DNA from: an uncultured Muribaculaceae bacterium
GTDB lineage: Bacteria; Bacteroidota; Bacteroidia; Bacteroidales; Muribaculaceae
DNA length: 64,000 nt
NCBI GenBank assembly: GCA_964587165.1
Contig: CAZPKH010000004.1
Span: 9,397-73,396 of the forward strand
Direction: 5' to 3'
Below, piece after piece: positions 56,974-64,000 of the stretch; position 1 is the first letter of the stretch; each line of letters starts with the position of its first letter. The translations under genes were made by a program, and so were the position numbers. The notes beneath the pieces are model-generated. The model worked only from the letters and a program-made list of their open reading frames with translations. It was not told where the DNA came from and made no database searches.

Positions 56974-57696
56974 CTAAGAGAGGTATGCTTCTACGCCGGC
57001 TATATCTTTTGGGGTGTCGACCGAGAGCGATTTGCAGTGGCAGTTATAGTAATATATCGGCATATGGTTCTCGATGAACCGGAATGAGTCGTTCTCCTCG
57101 ATCTTCTCAATCGGGCCGCGGGGGGTGTTGTGATAGAAATCGAGAGCCTTGCGTGTGAATGCGCCCACTCCCACGAATTTGTGGAACACATAGTCCATAG
57201 CTCCTTTGGGGAACGGTATGGGCGAGCGCGATATGAAGAGGCAGCGGTCGTCGGCGGCGGTTACTATCTTGAGGTTTGTGGCATCGACCACCTCGACGGG
57301 GTTAGAGAAATCTGTCATCAGATTGCTTACAAAAAAGCCGTCGGCATCGATTCCGCCGGCCGGAATGCACTGCATTATGGCATCGCGGCGCAGCAGCGGC
57401 TCGTCGCCGTTTACCATCACATACAGGTCGGCCTCGACACGGGTCGACACTTCATAGAGGCGCTCGGTGGCGGTGTCGTGATCGGAGCGTGTCATGATCA
57501 CCTCGGCTCCGAAAGCCTCGGCAGCGGTGCGGATACGGTCGGAATCGGTGGCCACAAGCACTTTGTCGAACTCGGGGCACTCGCAGCAGTGCTCCCACAC
57601 ATGCTGTATCATCGGTTTGCCGCATATCAGCGCGAGAGGTTTCTCGAAGAAGCGCGACGACTCGGCGCGAGCCGGTATAACGCAGATTATTTTCAT
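56974..57696 (-). CDS. kdsB: CMP-Kdo synthetase-like cytidylyltransferase
   Basis: Start set to MKIICVIPARAESSRFFEKPLALICGKPMIQHVWEH, a KdsB-type N-terminus. The track ORF extends to 57804. The symbol is tentative. Confidence 0.7.
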   Translation of the reverse strand: MKIICVIPARAESSRFFEKPLALICGKPMIQHVWEHCCECPEFDKVLVATDSDRIRTAAEAFGAEVIMTRSDHDTATERLYEVSTRVEADLYVMVNGDEPLLRRDAIMQCIPAGGIDADGFFVSNLMTDFSNPVEVVDATNLKIVTAADDRCLFISRSPIPFPKGAMDYVFHKFVGVGAFTRKALDFYHNTPRGPIEKIEENDSFRFIENHMPIYYYNCHCKSLSVDTPKDIAGVEAYLS

Positions 57697-57761
57697 CGGT
57701 ATATAATGTGTTAGAAGATTCTGTATGTTAATAATATCTGTTGAGTCGAATGCAGGTGATG

Positions 57762-58667
57762 TCAGCGCCACCGTTTGTGCGACCATAGCCATAGCCCCGG
57801 GCACCGGCGTATGGTCTGCTCCAGCAGGCGGTAATACTGACGTGTGACAGGGTTGGGATCGCTATCATCCTGAGGCGGTCGCACCGGCACAAAGGTGAGC
57901 TCGTAGCGGCCGCGACCGCGCTTCACCACGTCGAGATACAGGAACTCGGCGCCTATCTTTCGTCCTATAGCCTCTCCGCCGATATAGTAAGGGGTGTCCT
58001 GATTGAGAAATCGGGTGGTGAACTTCCGGAGGTCGCTGTTGAACCGATGGTCGGAGATAAATCCCACCATCATGGCGGGGTGATCGGCGGCTAAGCGCAA
58101 TATCTCGCGCACGGAGCTAACGAGCTCAATACCGTGGGAGGGGAAGCGGCTGCGCACCTTCAGCATAAGCTGCTCGGCGGCCGGGTCGTGAAGTTTCTTA
58201 TAAATATGTGCCGAATATACCTCGGGAGTGTAGTAATAGGTCATGGCAGGCATCCACTCCCAGTTGCCGTAATGCGCTAAGAAGAGCACTATCGGACGTC
58301 CTTCGGCAGCCAGGCTGTCGATCAGCTCGGGATTGGTGACCATGACGCGGCGACGCATCGCGCGGTCGGACACAGAGAGGAGTTTGACGGTCTCTACGAT
58401 ATTGTCGGCAAGCGAATGGTAAAAGTCGCGCTCCACCTCCTTGAGGCGCTCTTCTGAAAAGTCGGGGAAGGAGGCCTTGAGGTTGCGACGCACTACCTTG
58501 ATGCGATATTTCATCACTCTGTACAGCACCAGGTATATCAGATCGGCCACACCCCAAAGCAGCCACATCGGCAGCCATGCCAACGGCAGCAGCAGGGCCA
58601 TGTACAGGCGGTAGCGCCACAGCTCACGGCCTCGGAGGGTGTTGACTATCTCGACGCGGCTTTTCAC
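57762..58667 (-). CDS. Lipid A biosynthesis (LpxL/HtrB-like) lysophospholipid acyltransferase
   Basis: Carries the HYGNWEW acyltransferase motif. Proposed GTG start at 58667 forms a GTGA overlap with the waaA stop. The alternative ATG is at 58601. The track ORF runs to 59054 inside waaA. Confidence 0.75.
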   Translation of the reverse strand: MKSRVEIVNTLRGRELWRYRLYMALLLPLAWLPMWLLWGVADLIYLVLYRVMKYRIKVVRRNLKASFPDFSEERLKEVERDFYHSLADNIVETVKLLSVSDRAMRRRVMVTNPELIDSLAAEGRPIVLFLAHYGNWEWMPAMTYYYTPEVYSAHIYKKLHDPAAEQLMLKVRSRFPSHGIELVSSVREILRLAADHPAMMVGFISDHRFNSDLRKFTTRFLNQDTPYYIGGEAIGRKIGAEFLYLDVVKRGRGRYELTFVPVRPPQDDSDPNPVTRQYYRLLEQTIRRCPGLWLWSHKRWR

Positions 58668-59935
58668 GATGCTAATATTTTGTCGACCACGGCAGCCGCG
58701 GCGTCGGCATTGGTTTTCACATATCGGCGTGCCACCTCGGCGGCATGGTCGAGATAGGCGCGATCGTCCTTTATACGGGTGAACCATGCGTCGAGCTGAT
58801 CGGCATCGGCCACAACCTCGCCTATGCCAAGCCCGACGAGCTGCCCGGGGGTGATCTTGCGCTCTATGCGCGGGCCGAAAGCCACCGGAAGGCCGTAGGC
58901 TGAAGCCTCGATGAGCGAATGGAGGTAGGGCGTGAAGCCGCCCCCGACGTAGGCGTAGCGGCCGTAGCGATAGATGTAGGCAAGCGAGCCGACGCTGTCG
59001 ACTATAAGCGACTGAGCCTGTTGCAGATCGGCATCGGAAGCGTCGGAAAGACACACCGAGCGTCTGCGCAGCAGGCTCTGCATCGTGGCGATCTCGGCGC
59101 GGTCGATGGCATGGGGCACTATGATAAATTTCACATCCGGGTGGCGGTTGGCCAGCTCGACCACCATCTGCATATCGGTGCTGTCGTGCACCGAGCCAGC
59201 CACGAATACTTTCTGAGAGCCGCCTGCAAACCGCTCTATACGCTCATCGTGCCAAGGGGTGCGGGCTTTTATCAAAGCGTTGTCGAAGAGCGGATTGCCG
59301 CTCACCTCTATCCTCTCCACCCCTAAGCGTTCAAGCCGTTCGCGCGAGGCATCGTCGAGCACGAAGATGCGCGTATAGCAGTTCAGACAGCTGCGGTGCC
59401 ACCATCCGTACCATTTGAAGAACACGGAGCTGTCGGTGATCTTTGCCGACACAAGGTAGGTGGGGATGCCGCGGCGACGCAGCTCGTGGAGATAGTTGTA
59501 CCAATACTCCGACACCATGAACACGGCGGCATCCGGACGCACCAGATCAAGGAAGCGACGCACATTGCCGCGACTGTCAAGCGGCAGATAGTACACCTCG
59601 TCGATACCGGCCGGACAATCCTGCATAGGCTCGAAGCCCGAGGGCGAGAAGAATGTAAGCACCACCCGGCAGGGGCCACGGCGCTTGAACTCGCGGATAA
59701 GGGGCATAGCCACGGCGGCTTCGCCCAATGATGCTGCATGAAGCCATATTACCGGGCCGGCGGATGCCGCATCGCCCCGCCCGGCCACACACTGCCGTAT
59801 GCGCCTGAATGTGTCGGCCTGACCGCGGGCAAAGCGGGCAGCTTTTGAGGGAGCTGCGTCGGGCGATACAAAGCGCCCCCGGCCACGCACGGCCGAAGCA
59901 GCTGCGGCAAGTATAGCGTTATAAATCAGCGACAT
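58664..59935 (-). CDS. waaA: 3-deoxy-D-manno-octulosonic acid (Kdo) transferase
   Basis: 423 aa. VIWLHAASLGEAAVAMPLI is the WaaA/KdtA signature. Confidence 0.88.
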   Translation of the reverse strand: MSLIYNAILAAAASAVRGRGRFVSPDAAPSKAARFARGQADTFRRIRQCVAGRGDAASAGPVIWLHAASLGEAAVAMPLIREFKRRGPCRVVLTFFSPSGFEPMQDCPAGIDEVYYLPLDSRGNVRRFLDLVRPDAAVFMVSEYWYNYLHELRRRGIPTYLVSAKITDSSVFFKWYGWWHRSCLNCYTRIFVLDDASRERLERLGVERIEVSGNPLFDNALIKARTPWHDERIERFAGGSQKVFVAGSVHDSTDMQMVVELANRHPDVKFIIVPHAIDRAEIATMQSLLRRRSVCLSDASDADLQQAQSLIVDSVGSLAYIYRYGRYAYVGGGFTPYLHSLIEASAYGLPVAFGPRIERKITPGQLVGLGIGEVVADADQLDAWFTRIKDDRAYLDHAAEVARRYVKTNADAAAAVVDKILAS

Positions 59936-60008
59936 TACAGGTCAACAGTTTGTGTATGCAACGCAACCGACAGTGAGCCGCGAGCCCATAGCGATTGCAA
60001 TTTCGCCA

Positions 60009-60016
60009 CAAATTTA
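60009..60016 (-). promoter_or_regulatory. -7 box TAAATTTG upstream of waaA
   Basis: Plus-strand CAAATTTA, about 74 nt upstream of ATG 59935. Confidence 0.4.
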
Positions 60017-60051
60017 GCAATTTTAACCAACAAGTGCACCATATTTCTTGC

Positions 60052-60059
60052 TACATTTG
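60052..60059 (+). promoter_or_regulatory. -7 box TACATTTG for the DUF4250 gene
   Basis: Matches TAnnTTTG, 19 nt upstream of ATG 60078. Confidence 0.5.
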
Positions 60060-60077
60060 CACCAAAACAAGGATATT

Positions 60078-60254
60078 ATGGATTTACCAAACGACCCTGT
60101 AATGCTTCTGAGCGCAGTGAACATGAAGCTGCGCGACAGCTACGACTCGCTCGATGCCCTTTGCGACGATCTCGACGTGGATCGCGATACCCTGATAGCC
60201 AAGCTGAAAGAGGCCGGATTCGAGTATATGCCGGAGATAAATCAGTTCCGCTGA
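60078..60254 (+). CDS. DUF4250 domain-containing protein
   Basis: 58 aa from the internal ATG. MDLPNDPVMLLSAVNMKLRDSYDSLDALCDDL is typical of DUF4250. Confidence 0.75.
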   Translation: MDLPNDPVMLLSAVNMKLRDSYDSLDALCDDLDVDRDTLIAKLKEAGFEYMPEINQFR

Positions 60255-62309
60255 TCAGCGGGCCATTCGGCGCAGCAGCGAGTATGACGGCGCGATGCCG
60301 AGCTGCCCGGCGCGCGAGAGGTCGGCGAAAGCATCGGCCTTATGCCCGAGCATCATGCGCACATAGCCGCGGTTGTACCACGCTTCGCCGAGGTCGTCCT
60401 TGAGCTCGATGGCGTGTGAGAATGCGCTGTCGGCAGCCGCGTAGTCGCCTTCGGAGGCGAGTATGCACCCGCGGTCGTACCACGCTATGGCCATCGAGGG
60501 CGACAGGCGAAGCACTTCGTCGAGGTCGGCCAAGGCGGCATCGACGGTAGCACGCAGAAGCATGGCTGTCTGCGGGTCGGAAGGTCGGTCGGGGTCAGCT
60601 TTGGCTATCTCGACCTGCCGCCAGCGGGCTACACCGCGCATCAGCAGAGCCACAACAAATTCGGGCGATGCAGCTATTGCCGTATCGAGGTCGGCGATGG
60701 CTGCCGTATAGTCGCGGAGTGCCATACGGTCGAGGGCACGGCCCAGATGATCGACCGGGCGCACCGTGGCGGGCGACTGCGCAAAGCGCCGTGTGTAGCG
60801 GCTGATGGAGTTTTCGTGAGCGGCTATGTCGGCATCGGTGAGGGCCGGTTCGCGGGTCACCACCAGGAGCTGCCGCTGCAGGGTGTGCGATGAGTTGAGC
60901 TCGTCGATCTCGCGCACGAAGTCGGTCGACATCTTCAGCTCCGTGGGCTCGGCGTAGTAGCTGAAGAAGTATAGCGGCTCAAGCCGAATGGTGAAGTCGG
61001 TGTTCTGAATAGAGCCGCGTGTCGAGCCGTTGTCATAGTCGCGGGGCGTGGATGTGAGGTTGTCGACCAGAAGCAGCGACGAGAAGCGGGCGGCCACGGC
61101 ATCCTGGTCCTCTTCAAGGAGGGTGCGCTCGGCATCGGGATCGTCGGTTTCTCCGGCCGAAGCTCCTATATCCTGATCGGGGAGCGTGACTACCCGCTTG
61201 CGGGCCAGAGCGACCGACTGCTTGAAGTCGCGGTCGGCAGCGCGTGAGTTGCCGCGGCGGTACTGTATGTCGCCGCGCAGATATATGGCGGCGGCGAAAT
61301 CGGGGAATGCGCGGATCACACGGTCGATGTCGGCATATGCATTGTCGTAGTCGCCGATCTCGCGGTAGAGGTTGGCGCGGTTGAACAGCGCGCGATACTG
61401 GTCAGGGTTCTGGCGGAGCACGTCGGAGAAGTCGGCTATGGCGCGGTTGTAGTCGTGCACCTCGGCGCGGAGCATGGCGCGGTTGTAGAGGGCTATAATG
61501 TTTACGGGGTCGAGCTGCAGGGCGTAGTCGTAGTCGGCCATAGCTCCGATATAGTCGTCGGTGTTGTATCGCAGGAAGGCCCGGTTGATATACATACCGG
61601 GGCTCTGGGGCTGGAGCTTGACGGCCATATCCATGTCGGCGAGCGCTCCTTTGTAGTCGTGGTCGGGGGAGTTGACGGCGATGTTGGCACGCATCACGTA
61701 GGCATTCACAGCGTTGGCGTTCAGCTCGATTGCTTTTGAAATGTCGGCAAGGGCGCTTATGGTGTCGCCGCGCATCAGGTTCATGCGTGCGCGGGCGGTG
61801 TACCCCCCGTCGTAGCGCGGAAAGCGGCTTATGAGCGTATTGAAAGTGCGCTCGGCGCCCTCCTGATCGTGCGTGTCGAGGCGTGCGATGGCAAGGTTGC
61901 TCAGCACGTTGCGCGAATCGGGCTTGTCGGCGAGCACCCGCTCGTAGTCGGCTATGGCGGCGTGGTTCATACCGAGATTCTGACGGGCCACGCCGCGCAC
62001 CTCGTAGGCATCTACGATAAACGGATTTTTCTCAATCGCCGTGGAGGCATCGGCCTCGGCGCCGGCATAGTCGTCGAGACTCAGCTTGGCTATGGCGCGG
62101 TAGAAGTACGGTTTGGCCAGGTATGGCTTGGCCTCGATCACCTGATTGAAATATCGGATAGCCACCATATAGTCGTCGAAATACAGGGCGTTGCGGCCTA
62201 TGGTGAGCACCTGGTCGGTGTCGATCTGGGCGCGCCCGGCTAAGCCCGTGGTCAGTATGATGACTACGGTGAGCAGAAGTCGGTGTAAAAATCGTCGGGC
62301 GCTGTACAT
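60255..62309 (-). CDS. Tetratricopeptide repeat protein (secreted or periplasmic)
   Basis: 684 aa with a signal peptide and many TPR units (AIADYDYALQLDP, AIADFSDVLRQNPD and others). Confidence 0.8.
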   Translation of the reverse strand: MYSARRFLHRLLLTVVIILTTGLAGRAQIDTDQVLTIGRNALYFDDYMVAIRYFNQVIEAKPYLAKPYFYRAIAKLSLDDYAGAEADASTAIEKNPFIVDAYEVRGVARQNLGMNHAAIADYERVLADKPDSRNVLSNLAIARLDTHDQEGAERTFNTLISRFPRYDGGYTARARMNLMRGDTISALADISKAIELNANAVNAYVMRANIAVNSPDHDYKGALADMDMAVKLQPQSPGMYINRAFLRYNTDDYIGAMADYDYALQLDPVNIIALYNRAMLRAEVHDYNRAIADFSDVLRQNPDQYRALFNRANLYREIGDYDNAYADIDRVIRAFPDFAAAIYLRGDIQYRRGNSRAADRDFKQSVALARKRVVTLPDQDIGASAGETDDPDAERTLLEEDQDAVAARFSSLLLVDNLTSTPRDYDNGSTRGSIQNTDFTIRLEPLYFFSYYAEPTELKMSTDFVREIDELNSSHTLQRQLLVVTREPALTDADIAAHENSISRYTRRFAQSPATVRPVDHLGRALDRMALRDYTAAIADLDTAIAASPEFVVALLMRGVARWRQVEIAKADPDRPSDPQTAMLLRATVDAALADLDEVLRLSPSMAIAWYDRGCILASEGDYAAADSAFSHAIELKDDLGEAWYNRGYVRMMLGHKADAFADLSRAGQLGIAPSYSLLRRMAR

Positions 62310-62348
62310 TTATTACTAAACGTGATGACTGTCTCGAAAATTGCACGC

Positions 62349-63212
62349 TCAGCTAAGCAGCAGCTTCACCATTCGCTTGAACCATCCGTGGGCGAGGCAG
62401 CGAGTCAGTATGAGGAACGTGCGCTTGGCACGCTGTGCGCGGGCTCCGGGAATGTGGAAATAGCGGCAGAAGATGATGCGGATGTCGTAGATGTTGATCC
62501 GGAACATCATGCTGCGGTACGGGTCGGGCGAATGGCTGGCGCTCTCGCCGAGCATACGGTATACGGCGGTGAGCTCGTCGGAATGGTTTATGTAGCCGTA
62601 CATCGAAGCGAAGAGCCAGCGCGGATAGTCGCCCACGGGCATACCGATAAAATAATGTATGAATGTATCGTAATACTTCCGGAGCACTTCGCCGCGTATC
62701 ATCGACGAGCATGTGATCACGCGGTTGCGGTGCAGCAGGTAGGCGGTGTCGAGGCGTGCAGGGGCATCGGCGTTGAGGCCGGTGGTCATCTCGCCGGTAT
62801 CCTGGTGATATACCCTCACGTCGGTGTAGGTGACGGAGCAATCGGGATGAGCGCGGAGATAGTCGACCTGCCGCTGAAGCTTCAGCGGGTCGGTCCAGTA
62901 GTCGTCGCCCTCGCAGTAGGCCACAAACTCGGCCTGCCGGATATGTCCGGCCATGATCCTTTCGAGTGAACCGTCGGGCTTGCGCCACTGGTTCTCGGTT
63001 TCATACACACCTTTTATAATATCAGGGTAACGCTGCTCGAACTCACGGATTATTGCTGCGGTGGCGTCGGTCGAAGCGTCGTCGTGCACCACGGCCTGAA
63101 AGCGGAAGTCGGTGCGCTGCATCACAAACCCTTCGAGGGTGCGTCGTATGTATTGCTCCTGATTGTAAGCCAGGCAGTGTATGCTTACAACGATGGGGGG
63201 TGCCGGTGTCAT
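62349..63212 (-). CDS. Glycosyltransferase family 2
   Basis: 287 aa. Carries VSIHCLAYNQEQYI and HDDASTD. Confidence 0.8.
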   Translation of the reverse strand: MTPAPPIVVSIHCLAYNQEQYIRRTLEGFVMQRTDFRFQAVVHDDASTDATAAIIREFEQRYPDIIKGVYETENQWRKPDGSLERIMAGHIRQAEFVAYCEGDDYWTDPLKLQRQVDYLRAHPDCSVTYTDVRVYHQDTGEMTTGLNADAPARLDTAYLLHRNRVITCSSMIRGEVLRKYYDTFIHYFIGMPVGDYPRWLFASMYGYINHSDELTAVYRMLGESASHSPDPYRSMMFRINIYDIRIIFCRYFHIPGARAQRAKRTFLILTRCLAHGWFKRMVKLLLS

Positions 63213-64000
63213 TTCGATTGAGGATTATTGTCCGACGGATTGTTATCAGCCCAGCGCGACGCCTGCGTCTGCGCAGTGCGGAGCTCGGCGGGGTTGGCTC
63301 CGGGGTTATAGAATGTGCGGTGGCCGATCTCTGAGGGCATGTACTGCTGGCGGACGAAATTGCCGGGGAAATCGTGGGGATAGCGGTAATCGGCACCGTA
63401 GCCCATCTCCTTCATAAGCTTTGTAGGAGCGTTGCGCAGGTGGAGAGGCACGGGGAGGTTGCCGGAGCGGCGCACCTCGGCCAGGGCAGTGTCGATGGCC
63501 ATATATGCGGAGTTGCTTTTGGCCGACGTGGCCAGATAGACTGTGCACTCGGCAAGGGGGATGCGCCCCTCGGGCCACCCGATCTTGCGCACTACGTCGA
63601 ATGTAGCGTTGGCCAGCAGCAGGGCGTTGGGATTTGCCAACCCTATATCCTCGGCGGCCAGTATCACCAGCCGGCGGGCTATGAACTCCGGATCTTCGCC
63701 CCCCTCCACCATGCGGGCGAGCCAGTAGACAGCGGCGTCGGGATCGCTGCCGCGCACACTTTTGATGAACGCCGAGATTATGTCGTAGTGCATCTCGCCG
63801 TTCTTGTCGTAAGCCATAGGGTTCTCCTGCAGGCGGGATGTCACGTTTGCATCGTTGATCACTATGGGTTCGCCTAAAGGAGTCGACTGGTCGAGCAGGT
63901 CGAGGATATTGAGCAGCTTGCGTGCATCGCCGCCGGCGAATCGGAAGAGTGCCGTGGTCTGATCCACTTGCACCTCTCGCGCTGCCAGTCCGTCGGGCGA
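63209..64000 (-). CDS. rarA: Replication-associated recombination protein A (partial; 5' end beyond the window)
   Basis: MgsA/RarA C-terminal half (GDARKLLNILD, HYDIISAFIKSVRGSDPDAAVYWLARM). The reading frame stays open to the window edge. Confidence 0.85.
   Translation of the reverse strand, partial: SPDGLAAREVQVDQTTALFRFAGGDARKLLNILDLLDQSTPLGEPIVINDANVTSRLQENPMAYDKNGEMHYDIISAFIKSVRGSDPDAAVYWLARMVEGGEDPEFIARRLVILAAEDIGLANPNALLLANATFDVVRKIGWPEGRIPLAECTVYLATSAKSNSAYMAIDTALAEVRRSGNLPVPLHLRNAPTKLMKEMGYGADYRYPHDFPGNFVRQQYMPSEIGHRTFYNPGANPAELRTAQTQASRWADNNPSDNNPQSK

Noticed and set aside
58668-59054. N-terminal 129-aa extension of the acyltransferase ORF (the track ORF starts at 59054)
   Set aside because: The extension lies inside the waaA coding region in another frame and is Arg-rich. 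A GTG at 58667 forms a GTGA coupling with the waaA stop and gives a normal LpxL-like N-terminus.
1-64000. Search by eye for CRISPR arrays, tRNA/rRNA genes, integrases, transposases, restriction-modification or other defence genes
   Set aside because: None was found. No regularly spaced direct repeats and no recombinase- or nuclease-like translations appear in the ORF track. The only toxin-like element is the frameshifted zeta-like gene. A tRNAscan or Infernal run would be needed to exclude small RNAs formally.

Overview
This is a GC-rich Bacteroidota (Bacteroidales-like) chromosomal segment around dnaA. The taxon call rests on TAnnTTTG -7 promoter boxes about 20-30 nt upstream of many start codons, an nqrABCDEF operon, a T9SS-type C-terminal sorting tail, SPOR/DUF1599/BT_3928-type genes and a short Bacteroidetes-type sigma-A. 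Nearly all of the window is densely packed core metabolism. On the minus strand: MATE transporter, secreted GH13 amylase, RidA, YihY, nitroreductase, dnaA, MlaD, amidase, the full his operon hisG-D-C-B-H-A-F-IE, cytoplasmic GH13, patatin, alaS, rpoD, mdh, a seven-gene Kdo/lipid A/core-oligosaccharide locus, a TPR protein, a GT2 and partial rarA. On the plus strand: OPT and MATE transporters, a GT2, MmcQ, nqrA-F, DUF1599/BT_3928-like/tpiA, SPOR-folE, rfbD, prfC, aguA-aguB-guaA and DUF4250. I saw no rRNA, tRNA, CRISPR array, integrase or transposase. I found no convincing novel multi-gene protein system. The only accessory DNA is two short, visibly AT-richer insertions flanking folE: a lipoprotein island and a decaying zeta-toxin-like module. 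The leads most worth follow-up are RNA/DNA-level: (1) a His-rich 25-codon leader ORF with terminator and alternative pairing upstream of hisG; (2) a three-copy, roughly 100-nt structured intergenic repeat family at 28982, 36316 and 43474-43598; (3) two G10 homopolymers sharing the flank GAAC-G10-A, each about 25-28 nt upstream of a minus-strand start codon (dnaA, patatin); (4) a perfect 17-bp-arm palindrome upstream of dnaA. All protein calls come from reading the ORF translations and recalling family signatures. No database search, GC calculation or RNA folding was run.
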